Assembly (NCBI GenBank): GCA_036630325.1
Contig: CP142735.1
Coordinates: forward strand, 558,001 to 622,000
DNA: 64,000 bases
Source of the DNA: Vairimorpha necatrix
Lineage: Eukaryota
Reading direction: 5' to 3'
Shown: piece after piece, positions 1 through 13,131 of the stretch
How the letters are laid out: each line of letters starts with the position of its first letter
Numbering within the stretch: the stretch's first letter is position 1
Translations under genes and position numbers: made by a program
Notes under the pieces: model-generated
Database searches by the model: none
Told to the model about the DNA's origin: nothing
The model's input: only the letters and a program-made list of their open reading frames with translations

Positions 1-2879
1 AAGTTGGAGCAATTGATGTGCATAGATATACTAGAAAAGAAGTTGCAGGGAGGAACTCAACATGTGAAACTTACAGCTTCGCCATTTTTTGGCGGAAACG
101 CCACAGAAATGTTTTCGATATTTAGTCAAATGAAAAGCCAGATATTTACTAGAGAATTTATCTATTTGAATACTGAATTTATTTGATTTAATTTAGATTC
201 TAAAATGGAGAGATAAAATGTGGAGACAAAATAAAATAATTCTTTTTTACTTTATTTTTAATCATCTCAATTTATTTGTTTGACAATTCTTTACTATACA
301 TGGAAATGTGTAACCAATATTAGCCTCGATCAATCCTTATGCAAATTTGTTGTATTAGTTTTTTAGATTGTTGTCATATGTAAAGAATATAGTAATATAT
401 AAATAAATGAAATTTTAATATGAAAGTGAGATATCTCATACTGTACAAAATTTGTTTCTCTATGAAATAACACAAACATGATATATCTTTCTCGGGTGAA
501 TATAAAAGCCAATGAATTACTTTAGACAAAGAATATAAATTTCATGTAAATTGTACTTATTAGATCTAAAACTGTTTTTAACTTCATAAAAAATACAATA
601 TTATTGTCGCTACTTAAATTCAAAATCATGGAGACTAAAAAATTAAACATTAATTTTAACAAGAGTATTTTTATAGAGTCTCTGCAAAGTATCAATGATC
701 TTTGGATATTTTTATATGAATCTGAACTCATATTATCTTCCATGTTTACTTTCATGATTCCTCATATTGTTCTCAATTCAATCTTCAATGACTCTCTATA
801 TATATGTAACTTGTTTTCCCCAATAGTTGAAGCCAATTCTATGATTAACAACTTAATGAACAGATCTGATGCCAGTAACAGGAGAATGGTTAGGTGCATA
901 GCCATAGATTCATATTTTCCATATAAGTACATACTCCAAAATAGCTCTGGTATTACAGGTGCACTTTATTAAAAACAATTTTTAATAAACAGTCGTTGAC
1001 TTCATTTTCTATGCCTCAAACAAAAAAAGTCGTGCCAGATATTTCCTTTCTTCAATAGGATTTGAAATAAAACGACCTCTAAGGATTGTTGTCTCGTCGA
1101 TTTATAAAGTTTCCCCTTATTTCTACAAAAATTGTAAAAATTTATTTCTTTGAAGAAATAGGCCTTTGAGAGAAGTAAATGTGTGCTCCAAGACCCCCAA
1201 ATTACCCAGACAATTAAGTTGTTCATTGTAAAAAGTAACATTTTTGAGACTTTTTATTTTTTTAAAGCTATATGTACAATAAAAGCATATTCCTTCCATG
1301 AAGTTTTTAGATTAGACGTAGTAATTAACCAACCCCGCACACTTTTTAGTGTATCTGTAAATTCTTAGAGCTAGAAGCACTTTATAGCTGCTTCTTCAAC
1401 AAATATTATGCTGTAGACTTTTCTAGTTTGCATTGAGAGCAAAGAATCAAAATTATAAATTACAGAGACATTTGGGATTTTTTTGAAGTATGTTTACAAT
1501 GATGATCGCGGTTTTTTAGCCATTTTGATTTTGAATTTAAAGAGCGCCAAAACAAGATTTACAACAACAAAAAATTATTATAAGGGCACAAGAATAAAAC
1601 AAATAATATATAGTCACAAATTAGAAATTAAAGAAGTTAAAAATAAAAAAAGTTCATATTATGAACTTTGATTTATAATTTGAGTTGTCAACTTAAACCT
1701 TTAAAAAATTATTTTTTTATACAGCCTAATATTTCAGTTCTTTTCCCGTGCTGACCACCTCGTCGTTCAAAAAACAACGCTAACAAAAAAAATTATCATT
1801 TGTTGGTAGAGGGCCAATGTATAAATGTATCATTTTTAAGTTTAATTTTTTTGCCAAATAGAATATTGACATAGATAACGTAATTTTTAGCAAGATGGTG
1901 ATCTAATTAAACGTGAAAATTGCAAAATTAAAGGAATAAATTTTTGACAAATACAAACACATATTTATAGAAAATTTAAACTACTGATCATTTATGTGTG
2001 ATGTTTAAAAACATTTGTCAAGTTTTCCTATGTCCAATTATACTCAAGGAAATAGTTGTTTCAGATCAATGTTTTAATTTGTACACTGGTAACCAAAGAT
2101 TTGATTTGTTTCGGAAAAAACTTTATTAAATTTATTTTTTTCAAATATGAATTACTTTTTAACTTGTAAATCTCTTTTTTAAAAACTAACAAGGTGCCAA
2201 GACATGGCAACATTTTTTAATGTGTTGGTCCACGTATAAATATATTAAATGTTCGTTGTTATTCTTGAAAGAAGTCTCTTTTGTCTTTAGCGTTCAAAAA
2301 ATTAGTATATAAGTTTGCTTCAATGATGTCAAAAAAATCATTTTAAAACACGTTAAAAACTATAAGAATGTATGATCTTATTTTATAACAAATACATGCT
2401 TATACAGTTTGTTTATTTAGCAAATGTTTCAATAATTATATATTTGTTTTAAAAAGGAATAAAGTTGATAAGAAATTACAAAAAAAATATTAGTATTAAT
2501 ATTTCAAAGCATCATTTGTCTTTATCATATTTTGATCATATCTCATATATTATTATTGTCGAAAGAGTTTCAGGACAAAGATTTGTATGGATTTAGAACA
2601 TAACTTTTCATTATTAAATTGTTTATAACTCATGATATACTTCATAGAGCAATTTGCTTGAATACTTTTTGAAAATCTTTGGCTAATATCAGCATCAGTG
2701 TGAAAAAATAGAAAATAAAAAAATTTTAAAAATTCTTTTTTTTTTAAAAAAAAATAAGAGAAATTCGGAAAACCTCTAAAATGTAATTAAAATTTAAAAT
2801 GTAATAAAATACATTAAATTAACTAAAATATATCAAAAATCATTAATAATGATTTGAAGATGCCTTAGAACTCATTTCT

Positions 2880-3560
2880 TATATACATGCAAGGAGTTAA
2901 ATAAATTTCAGCGAGTCCATATGTCAACACATATTAGATATAGGGACTTTTAAAGACTTCCAATTCCCTTCGATAGTATTATGTATGGACTTTTGTCTCT
3001 CTGTCCCTGAATGCTTGACTGTGATTCAGTTTCTATGGGCCGTATAATGATTTTTTAAAGTTAAATACCCTTTAAATAATCGAATGGATAACGTATTTTT
3101 AATTTACATGCTTAAACATGATTGGAAGCAATGTCTCCTTGTTTCTTTTTGTTTCAAGTTTTAATACCACAAAACACCCCCTTAACAAGCCTTCCCCTAT
3201 GATATTTATTTTTTCCAATTTTGCTCTCATCATTCTCTACTAAAATATCTTCACCTACTATCCGTTCATCTCAATTTGTACCTCTCATAAATTTTTAATT
3301 TGTAAAATTTTTCGAGAATGTACTGGATTTTGTATGTTGAATCCCAAAAGTTTTAAAATATAAATTACTTTAATTCCTAAAAACAACTAATGTACTATTT
3401 TAAACATGAGTAAATGTTCTATTATAGTGTTTGCAAATGACAACGCATGCCAAATTGAAAATCTATGTTTACACTTTGAAGACTTAACCCTCAAGTAAGA
3501 AGTTCTATTCAATACTATGGCTGTATCTCACCATATTTTATACATTTCTGATTGTATTTC
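2880..3560 (-). mobile_element. Degenerate Merlin/IS1595-family DDE transposase relic
   Basis: Manual minus-strand translation gives DESKIGKNKYHRGR (~3190-3231) and VHT/NTIEGNWKSLK (~2950-2990), matching the Merlin motifs DESxFxxRKYHRGR and HTNTIEGxW. Frameshifted; no TIRs found; boundaries approximate. Confidence 0.75.
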
Positions 3561-4046
3561 TTGTTTGCTAAAGATATATAAGAATTTACAATTTTCAAAT
3601 TACTTAGCATCCTTTAGTTTTTTTAAAAAGGGGCAATTTTTATAAAATTTTGTGCCCCAATTTTTTTACACTAATGCTGATATTAGCTGAATCTTTTCTC
3701 AAATTGCATTTATTTGGAAGTAAATACAATGAGGTAAACTTATAAAATTTTGTATAAAAACATATATACATCATAATTGTTTGTATAGAAAATGTCAAAC
3801 TTCTCATTTGTATCTAAACAAATGTCATGTTTGTTTGCGGTTAGAAATTCTGAGCGTCAGCATAGCCTCCCCGCAAGAGAATCATCAATGTGTTATATTA
3901 AAATAATAAATTAAAAAGTAGTAAATTTAATATTTTAAGAATTGTAATTTATAAATTCAATAATTCTTTTAAAATATTTGTGACAAAAAAAAATTTAAAT
4001 TGTTTTTATTAAAAACTACAAATAAAAAAAATAAAATTACCCCCTT

Positions 4047-5204
4047 ATGTTTGAATTAATTTTTAGTAGAAAATATCTTAAAAGAAAAATCATTCTAATA
4101 ACTCCAGTTGTTACTGTTCTTGTTCATTTTTATTGGACCAAAAAGCATGCGAGTAAACCTATATATTCGTATGTCGAGACACCAAGCATAACTTATAGCC
4201 AAACGCCTTGGACATGGAATCCCACGCCAAAACACGAAAGTCTGCCTCTTCAAAGCAATAAATGCGATAAATCCCAAATCAGACTTAACACATCTGATTT
4301 TTGGCCTTTTGTTGAATATCATAGAAAAAGAAGCAGGAAGGTCTATGTTCCCCAAATTTCAGAAGAACATAAGCAGTTTATGATAAATGAATACGCTCGT
4401 ATACGAAAAAATATGATGCCTAAAATACACAATGTCAACAAGGAGGCCGTATCTTGGTTGGAGAAAGGCAAAAGGGTCCTGGATAACATTTCTAGAGCAA
4501 TATGGGGTTTTAGGGGAATTAATTATTGCAAAAAATGTATTTTGACATGTTTTGATGTTCCTAAACGGATGTTTATAAAAGCTGCAAATTTCGCCTCTTA
4601 TATCGGAAGCCCCTTTTATAAAGGGGCAAATGTAGTTGTAAATTTAGCATACAAGGCCCTTCCAATTGCAAAAGAATGTTATGATTACATGAAGATAGTT
4701 GGAGAAAATTGCTATAATAATGTGATAAAAATATCATCAATTGTTACGGATGTAGTTTCTAGTGGGGTAATTGCCAGTACAAAAACAATAAAAAACGGAT
4801 CTTCAATAATTGCCAACATTGCCATTGGCTTGACTAGAAAAGGAGTTAATAGCTTACAAATTATAAACGTAGCAATTTGCAATGGCTTTGTTTTTTTATA
4901 TGAACAAATTACAAATTGGGATACAAGGGGTACTTTACAAAATCTAAGAAGAGGAGTATTTTATGCGTTTGAAAAACCAATTAATTTGTTCATAAGAGCA
5001 CTTGGTTTTAGTAATAATCAAATAACAACAATTGAAGATATACAATCTGAAGTAATTCTTAATGGTAGCAATAATCAGAACAATCAACTCAGTAGTGCCT
5101 ACAATTTTGAGTCAGAAACTCAAAATACACCATTCAGTCTCAGGAGGGCTATGTGGAATTGTCTTTATAATTGTTATAGCTATATTTATAGTTATTTCGG
5201 GTAA
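4047..5204 (+). CDS. Hypothetical protein (385 aa) with a short N-terminal hydrophobic segment
   Basis: Long ORF in very AT-rich DNA, with CCCCTT directly before the ATG. No domain recognised. Confidence 0.8.
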   Translation: MFELIFSRKYLKRKIILITPVVTVLVHFYWTKKHASKPIYSYVETPSITYSQTPWTWNPTPKHESLPLQSNKCDKSQIRLNTSDFWPFVEYHRKRSRKVYVPQISEEHKQFMINEYARIRKNMMPKIHNVNKEAVSWLEKGKRVLDNISRAIWGFRGINYCKKCILTCFDVPKRMFIKAANFASYIGSPFYKGANVVVNLAYKALPIAKECYDYMKIVGENCYNNVIKISSIVTDVVSSGVIASTKTIKNGSSIIANIAIGLTRKGVNSLQIINVAICNGFVFLYEQITNWDTRGTLQNLRRGVFYAFEKPINLFIRALGFSNNQITTIEDIQSEVILNGSNNQNNQLSSAYNFESETQNTPFSLRRAMWNCLYNCYSYIYSYFG

Positions 5205-7171
5205 TAATTAATGATATTAATATTTCAGAAAACAATCAATCATTCAATTTAAAGCTGTTAAATTAGCAAACATATTTATTTATTCAAAAGGATTCTCTTT
5301 TATAGTTAAATACTTGATATACCAAATTTATTATTAATCCCTTCGTTCATCTTCCTGTTTTGGCGACTAATTAATCAAGTCTCACAATACCACTTCCAAA
5401 ATTATATCACATAAAAATTATATACAGACCTTTTATAAAAAACTTGAAACCTCCCTATGATGATTCATAGATTTTCATATGAATAACAATGTATTTTTGA
5501 CTGATTAAAAAATTTACACATGTTTTAACTTTGTTTTGGGTTTATATATTTTTAATAAAATTTCTAAAATATTAGAATAGGATTGAAATAATTTTTGTCT
5601 CTGTTCCATGCTCAGTGTGTGTATAATCTACCAATATAGATAATTTTTATCTGTATCATTCATTTCTGGTTAAGATTAGCAAATTCCATTTCGGCATTTA
5701 CGTTTTGTCGTTATGTTATACACATTCAAATCCTCATATAACACCTCGATGTTTATTTTTTTTTGAGGCCATTAAAATTGTCACAGTTAATTTTTTATAT
5801 GTTATATGTAGACTGCTATTTATTGAAAGGATACATTATACAAATATTTTTATTTGGTTTTGTGATGTATAAATATTTTTAAAAGAAATTTCCATTTAAT
5901 TTTTTATACCTACTTTTCCACGCACTTAAATCAGTACAATCAATATAAAAACGATTCGATGGCAATGTTTCGATGCATAAAAAAGTTTAATAATATCTAG
6001 TGGACATTTTTCCACTGAAAAATACTGCCTCATGTGACCTTAAAAATTTTGACCGCTGTCAAGAGCAATAAAATATTTGAAATATAAATATTAGTTGAAA
6101 TGTAATAAACTTATAAAACATATATTGGGGCTTAATTAAAAAATTGTTCAAAATTATGACTTTTAGATATACCTCTGTAAAACATTTCTCCACTTTACGG
6201 TGCGAACCCGGATTCAGAACATAAAAAAATTTAAAGTCTGTGCTTAGGCTATTGCGTGTTAATTTATAAAATCTAAAAAATGTCTGCAAATGCAAGATTA
6301 AATGTTTTATATTAAATACATAGTATTTTATAGTCTATTAAACGTAAAAATCATCTCGTTTAATTTTTTAGTCTTGATGTTTATTAGAATACAGGAAATA
6401 ATTTAGTTTGCAAGTTTATGGATATATTATCTTATGTAAGTCAGCAGAAAAATAGATTCTAGTTTTGGCACATAAACTTATTTTTCAATCTATAAATTAT
6501 TATTATATAGAACTATATAAAGTATATAAAAATTAGTTAGCTTTGAATTCTTAATTAAAATCAATAAACGTTTATTAATTTAGCAGGTACTGGAATAAAA
6601 CGGTTAGACGTCGTAATGTATATTATTTTTCTATAGCATAGACCAAATGTATTAATACAAATAAGCAATGAGAAATTTTTTTCAATCAAATTTACCGACT
6701 TGTCTAGATATTTATATCATTAATTTCTTTTATTTATCTACAAAATGCATTTTTGTGAGATAATCAAAATAATTAGCAAAAGAAAGTCGAAAAATATAAG
6801 AATTTTGATTCTTAACTACGATAAAATTGAATTTAAACATTTTTGAAGCGTACTTTATAATTTTGACTTAGATTTGAGTGAATTAAGTAAGAAAAAAAGT
6901 CGCATTGGCCGATATTTAAAATTCATCATATGTTCAAATGTTAAATTGCAACGCTTTGTTTTATGTTAAAAAAATTAAAAGTGCCTATTTTAAAAGTCAA
7001 ATTGATAATATTATCTGTACTTATGTATAAAAATTAGAATACAAGTTGAAAGGCTTATTATTTTTGAAATTTATTAATGCTTACTTTAGTTTAGAAAATT
7101 ATATTTGATTGACAAAAAATTTTTAAGCTTCTTTTCTTATTATTTAAAAATTTTTTCTTTTATCAAAAAAT

Positions 7172-7361
7172 GAATTTAATTGGGGTATGCTTATTGTAGT
7201 TTATATTTATAGTTTAACAAGTGTAGGTTCCCAGTTAGCGTCTCCTGCTTGTAGGTAGCTTTGTGGCTCCATAGCCCTTTCCACATCGGCTTCGTCTCCT
7301 CTCCTTCGGTAGTCCAGATAAATGCTTTCTAGCGTCTTCTTTAGCGTGATCATCTGGATGG
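7172..7361 (-). mobile_element. 5'-truncated 3' end of an RLE-type (R4/Dong-like) non-LTR retrotransposon
   Basis: Encodes IQMITLKKTLESIYLDYRRRG, similar to the C-terminus of the 11-12 kb relic. Closely similar copy at 52414-52638 with the same 3' end. Possible degenerate TSD TTATCAAAAAAT/TTATATAAAAAT (10/12). Confidence 0.75.
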
Positions 7362-7511
7362 TTATATAAAAATAAATGTTTTTTTTAAGTATGCTAAAAT
7401 AATTCAATGAAATCATTTCAATTTGAAATGCATACAATCATATAATTAGACCATCTTAAAAATACATCACAAATTGTAATTACACTAGAAAAATAAATCA
7501 AATAAACTTTC

Positions 7512-9209
7512 TTATTTAATGTTGTAAATTACCCAAGATAATATTAAAGTAAATGCTCCTACAATGCCCAGAAACACAGTAGATTTCGACACCAGCCTCT
7601 CTTCATTGGAATTATCAACAACAATCGCATTCTGTAATTCCTCTGAGTCGAATTTTTCTTCATCATCTCCCTTGATATTTATTTTATTTTCGTTTTTATT
7701 GGGAGCAAATTGTAGAGTGGAATTAGGAACAAGTTTTAAATTATTGTCCGGTGTCGCATCAGATTCTTCCTTGTCTTCAAAATGTACAATCTTTTTGGAA
7801 TTTTTCTCATTTAACGCACATGTAGAAGTATGTTCGGCGACATCTGTAAGATGTTTTTTTGATACAGGACTTGAATGATTATTCTCTGATAAATACTTTT
7901 CAAAACTATTGGCTGTTTCTGAGGCAACATCTACAATACCGTCTGCTTCATCTTTCGAAGTTAACAAATCGCTCATAGATAATCGTGCAGAAGATGCCTT
8001 AAGAAAAGCAACTGATTTTTCTTTGGAATTTTGTCGCAATAACTTCAGTCTTATTTCGCGTTTATTCAAATTCGAAGTTATTGAATGATTATCGACCTCA
8101 GGAACTGGAACATTTCGTGATTTTTTCGATTCAAATTTTGAAGAGCTTTCAATATCCGGAACTACATTCGCCTCATTAATTAGACTTTCTTGAGATCTTT
8201 TAACACTTGACTGATGAGTTTTATCGTCTTCAGGAACTTTTGCTGCATCACTTTTAGATATTCGTCCAGAAATTTCAAATTTAGGAACGACCTGATCATC
8301 AATTACTTGGATTTTTTTATATTCAATACTTGATTCATCTTGAAAATTTACATATCCAGGATATAAAGTTTTATCAACGGATAAATCTACAGCATCTTCA
8401 TTAATCAGTAAATTTTCAATTTCTACAGGCTTGACATCGATTTGATCAATATCGACACTTTTTCCATTATTATTTGCAAATAAAGCCTCTTGAGCTTCTT
8501 CAATTTGATTATTGGGATGATCATAAGTTAGCACATCATTTCCTTGTTCGAAAATTAAATTATTTTGATAATCATTAAAAACAGTAGGGTAAGCTTTATC
8601 GACTGATAAATCTATACCAGAATCATTAGTATGAAATTCTTGTGCTTCTTTTATAGTAGGATTTTCTTGATTAGCAGAGGACAAATTTTTTTCGTGGGTA
8701 GTAAGCAGAGTATCCTGATCTTTTTTCACTACTGAAATTGATGAACCAAGAGTCAAATCTTTTATTGGATCACTATTTGCATCTTCTACTAGAAACGAGG
8801 ATTTATCAAGTGATAAATTTGCAGCTTTATCGTAATTGACTTTTTCCTGTAATCTTGCTGGTTCATGAGTTAATTTTTCCATGACTGCTGAATTACCTAA
8901 TGAATATTTAGAAAAATCCCACTTAGTTGGTTCAGACTTAGTATAGTCGCTTTCATATGCTGGATTATAATAAGGACAGCTAGAAACTTTAGGATGTAAA
9001 TTTTCTTCTGCGTTTGTTTTGTTATCCAAGGCCGAGTCTTTTTTGCAAACATCTGAAGGAATTTTTTCAGCGAGGAATTCTGATGTACACTTAGTTATCT
9101 TAGAGTTGTCTTCGTTAAGTTTCTTATTTTTATCTGTTTTTCTCGGACTTCCTTTACAAGCTTTTTGTTTTGCTGCCATAGATAGACTTAATAAATACAA
9201 AATATTCAT
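7512..9209 (-). CDS. Orphan putative surface protein (565 aa): signal peptide, acidic low-complexity body, C-terminal TM anchor
   Basis: N-terminal MNILYLLSLSMAA, C-terminal VFLGIVGAFTLILSWVIY, internal degenerate repeats (DLSVDK x2, EAQE x2). Confidence 0.85.
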   Translation of the reverse strand: MNILYLLSLSMAAKQKACKGSPRKTDKNKKLNEDNSKITKCTSEFLAEKIPSDVCKKDSALDNKTNAEENLHPKVSSCPYYNPAYESDYTKSEPTKWDFSKYSLGNSAVMEKLTHEPARLQEKVNYDKAANLSLDKSSFLVEDANSDPIKDLTLGSSISVVKKDQDTLLTTHEKNLSSANQENPTIKEAQEFHTNDSGIDLSVDKAYPTVFNDYQNNLIFEQGNDVLTYDHPNNQIEEAQEALFANNNGKSVDIDQIDVKPVEIENLLINEDAVDLSVDKTLYPGYVNFQDESSIEYKKIQVIDDQVVPKFEISGRISKSDAAKVPEDDKTHQSSVKRSQESLINEANVVPDIESSSKFESKKSRNVPVPEVDNHSITSNLNKREIRLKLLRQNSKEKSVAFLKASSARLSMSDLLTSKDEADGIVDVASETANSFEKYLSENNHSSPVSKKHLTDVAEHTSTCALNEKNSKKIVHFEDKEESDATPDNNLKLVPNSTLQFAPNKNENKINIKGDDEEKFDSEELQNAIVVDNSNEERLVSKSTVFLGIVGAFTLILSWVIYNIK

Positions 9210-10989
9210 AGAAGAGGTTAGTTTTTTTTTATTTATATTTTTTCATATAAATATTGAATTCGACATTAAATTAATTTATGTACGGAATTTTATACAATCA
9301 TTTAGTTCTATTTCCGAAGAGATTTGTTTTGTTTAACGATTGACGTCATATTTTAATTAATAATTCATTATAGTTTGGAATATGGAGTCGAAATTATATT
9401 GTTTAATATTTGGTTTTATTAGTTTTATAATCAATATGATTTGGTATACAGTTTTAAATTCAAAAATCCAATCGGGATTCGTCGAATATATTAATGTTTA
9501 ATTTTTATGTACAGAAATATTAAAATATGAAATGATGAATAAGCAATTAAATTTTTATTAAAGATTTTTCTGATCAATTGAATTTTTCTCAGGCAAAAAA
9601 TAGATAGACAGCAATAATATTTTTTAAAATACTGATTTTTTAACATTAGACATTGTATAAAATGAGAATTTAAAGTATTTTGTCATTATAGCAATGTTTT
9701 TTTTGCCTATAGATTGTTCCTCATATGCCGGACGTCGCAAATTTAACTTCCAAAAAATCAATTCGCTTAGTAAAAACGTATCCATGACACAGAATAGTCA
9801 TAAAAGATTTGACGCTATAATCTAAATTTACTTGTAATAATTTGAAAAATACATCTATGATTCTTATGACGATAAAATCATTTTTTTTGATTGAAGATTC
9901 AGACAACGTTGATAGTATCTTGTATGACTTTACAATCTAGATAATATATTTTTATGAATCAACACAAGATAGCCGAGCACAAAAAATTAAGGTTCTGAAT
10001 ATATCATACGTTTATACCATAAAACCAATGATTAAATATTAAAATCTGCTGGTATATCGAAGCACAATAATGTACAATATCCAATAAGATTCTACGAAAA
10101 TATAACTATGTTATGGTCTAAAATCTCCTAATTATTATTTTCTCTATTGATTTAAAATTGATGAGATGCGAAATAAATCCATCTCGAAATATATATCAAT
10201 AAATTGTATAAACATCGAAATTTAGTTAAAAATATAAAAATGTGTAAAGATTAGAAAGTTTAAATTCAAATTTATTTCTTATTATTGAATCAATTTATAT
10301 GTTGCTACAGTCATTATTTTTTTCATCCTTAGAAATATCCAATTCTATATTTTTTGTTCAAAATCAATACATGTATTGTTTTTTAAGTGAAATGACATTT
10401 TCTATTAACACGTGAATCGTACGAAATGCGGACATAATGGTCGAACATATTTACAATCATAAAGAAATTAAAATATAGAGTGTGTTCTGACACCACAAGG
10501 CTGTTACATTTATTAAATAAAATATAAAAATATTATGACATCAAAAAAAATAATAAACAAGCAAAATGTTAGTATTTATAAATAAAGAAATGTTCAATGT
10601 ACATTTAATTACAACAAAGACAAAAGGTATATATCATAAGATAATATATATCTAAATTAGTAACGTATACTTTTTATATGAATTTATGTATAGACAAAAT
10701 ACATAAGTTGTATTAATCTTTTTCAAATATTAGAAAGGTATAAGATTATAAAAATCTTAGATTTTAAAATGCACATAAATTTATATTTGTATTTACTAAA
10801 CATTAATATTACAAACATGCCTTACTACCAATATCTCTATAATTAAATTTAAACGGAGATGTAAAAAAATTTAGCATATAATTACAAAGAATTGTGAGAT
10901 CATGCGATATTGCATAAAGACTATACATAATTCTCAGTCTTAAAAATCATCTGAAAAGATAAAAATTTATATATAAAAAGCTTTTAAAA

Positions 10990-12130
10990 TAAAAAAATTA
11001 AGTATTAGGCTCATCTACGGCTATACTGCAAGGAAAGGCTTTACCTATCTAAATCCAAAATTATAAGAAGCCTTATAAGTATTGCTGATAAAATCAAACG
11101 TCTGCTCCTGAATAAAATATAACACATTAATTGAATCTAAAAATAGCTCACTGAGACGGACAGCGACACCTTGGGCAAATCCCACTTGTTTACAATTAAC
11201 GAGTATCTAAGGATAAAATATAGCTTTGTAGAAGAGATAACGAAAGATGCTAAAAGAATTCCAAAAAGACACGTTTTACAACAAAATTAATATAAGGACA
11301 ACACGTAAAAAGTTGTTTTAATCTGGGGGCAATGATTTTGTAAGCATTGAGACTCTTTTACTTGGCTGGTTTATAGAAACAATCAGGCTAGATTCAGTGC
11401 AAATTTTCTATTACTACAGACTAGAAATATTTTCTGTGGACAAGAGGCACAATTTCCTCATCGTGAATCTCATAGGAAGACCGTAGATTATTTAGCTACC
11501 AAGTGTGATCGAATAAGGGGTTTGATTGTATAAAAATACACAACGAGGTAGTTAGATGCCTCCATCTCTTGCTATGTATTGATATGGGGTTAAGAATACA
11601 AAAAAAATACCTGGACACTCAGTACGAGAGATCTTTAAATGTTCGTGGGGAAATAAGAGTACATACGTTTGTATTCAATAATATAAAGGTGATCCATAAT
11701 AAGCTTGATATTCTTGTGTTTGGCAAGAAGAAGCAAGAAATTTTAATTGTTAAAGTTGGTATAACCAACTAGGATTGACTTTTTATGGTAGAGAATGAAA
11801 AACTAATAAAATTGACTTTTTGCAAAAGAACTGAGACTAATATATAAATCCGGATAAAATAAGTTCCTTATGTAATTATTTAAAGTGTTTTTGTGATTAA
11901 TATTACAGAAAGTACATCAAGAAGCTGGAAATCCTGCTCTACCTTGAAGCATCTCTCCAGTCTATTGTTCTATGGAAGACTTTAAAAAAGTTCATCCATT
12001 CGAGATCAAGATAAATATATGGAGTCTATACGAAATAGTGAAGGCCAAAAGAATATCATAACAGAATTAAATTTCTATGACTCAATGCTGATAAATAAGG
12101 AAGCTAGCTACTCAAGATAAACTTAAAACC
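10990..12130 (+). mobile_element. Degenerate RLE-type non-LTR retrotransposon (post-RT region, zinc knuckle, restriction-like endonuclease)
   Basis: Fragmented translation gives CKERLYLS, KTVDYLATKCD, HNEVVRCLHLLLC, HNKLDILVFGKKKQEILIVKVGITN (PD-(D/E)xK-type RLE region) and LEASLQSIVL. Many stops and frameshifts. Confidence 0.85.
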
Positions 12131-12252
12131 GAATAGACTCTTGGTTATAATATCGTTTCAAAGTCGGCCTGTTGCTCATTGTAGAGTCAAAAGAATAGAC
12201 AGTCCCGTAAATCAAAACACATTTTTAACACGATATGAGTCTTACACTTAGC

Positions 12253-12431
12253 AAGGGGGTGTTGTAACTCTAGTTACCAATCATTGGTTGTAATCATATA
12301 CCAAACTGTTTTAGCACAAGTTTGACCAATCCAACATGGTTATCACAAACCATTGTTTCAAACACAATATAAAAGATAAAGTTTTTAAATAAATATGCAA
12401 TTTCGTTCAGACTCATTTACTCTTTTCAACA
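12253..12431 (+). mobile_element. Isolated 3' LTR-like remnant with polypurine tract
   Basis: AAGGGGG immediately followed by TGTTG...(172 bp)...CAACA, with internal TATAAAA and AATAAA. No partner LTR in the window. Confidence 0.5.
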
Positions 12432-12828
12432 ATTATATTTAAATTTATACATCATATAATCATTTGTCTTAAATTATGAATTTCAGTTTTGACAAAACAT
12501 AAGTCAAAATTTTCTTATGTGTTTACATATTAGGATATTTTTTACATGTTTAATTTGTCTTACATTATATTCGTGCTTGTAAAAAAAATGCTAGCTTTTT
12601 GATTATTTTTCCATAAACAAAGAATCCTCCTTTTGATATTATAAAAAGGAGGAATCAATATAATTGAACTGTAAAGTTAAATGAAAAAAAAAATTTAAAA
12701 AATGTAATTTTTATAGTTTTTACTTCTATTTCGAGTGCACTCTTTGATCTTTTTTAATAGTCTACCAATAATCTATCTGCCTCCTTTTTTTTTATTTAAA
12801 TATATATTGAAAAAAAAACTACACCTCT

Positions 12829-13131
12829 ATGAATGTTTTATATATTTTAAGTATATTATTGTCAGTAAAAGCACTTGGCGAAGAAACTAAGGTTGGTATG
12901 AGTACGTCCGGAGGAACTGATGGAAACGGAACTGCAGCAAATCCCGCTACTACCCCTGTAGATGGACCAGAAAAGTCCACTGGTGGTGACGATAATCCAG
13001 TTGAAAATTTATCTCCTAACCCTACTTCATCAGCCTATATTATTGATTTTCAAAATTCTTTATATATTGCATGTTTCTTATCTGTTTTAAACTTTCTACT
13101 ATTGATTTTGATACTTTTCAAAATATATTAA
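12829..13131 (+). CDS. Small putative surface protein (100 aa): signal peptide, G/T/P/S-rich linker, C-terminal TM
   Basis: Starts MNVLYILSILLSVKA and ends LYIACFLSVLNFLLLILILF. CACCTCT precedes the ATG. Confidence 0.8.
   Translation: MNVLYILSILLSVKALGEETKVGMSTSGGTDGNGTAANPATTPVDGPEKSTGGDDNPVENLSPNPTSSAYIIDFQNSLYIACFLSVLNFLLLILILFKIY

Noticed and set aside
1-186. Possible C-terminal end of another Merlin transposase (SWSN; FWRKRHRNVFDI in alternative frames) or a truncated CDS
   Set aside because: Too short and fragmentary at the window edge to support a call.
522-1500. Overlapping short ORFs; the minus strand looks like a decayed gene
   Set aside because: Multiple stops and no recognisable motif. 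The listed ORFs are likely spurious or pieces of an unidentifiable pseudogene.
6195-6225. tRNA-like 3' fragment (GTTCTGAATCCGGGTTCGCACC on the minus strand)
   Set aside because: No T-stem partner, anticodon arm or D arm.
7564-9336. Plus-strand ORFs of 104 and 105 aa (also 14886-16571, 40979-41509, 43468-43932)
   Set aside because: Antisense shadows of real genes or of the retrotransposon pol.
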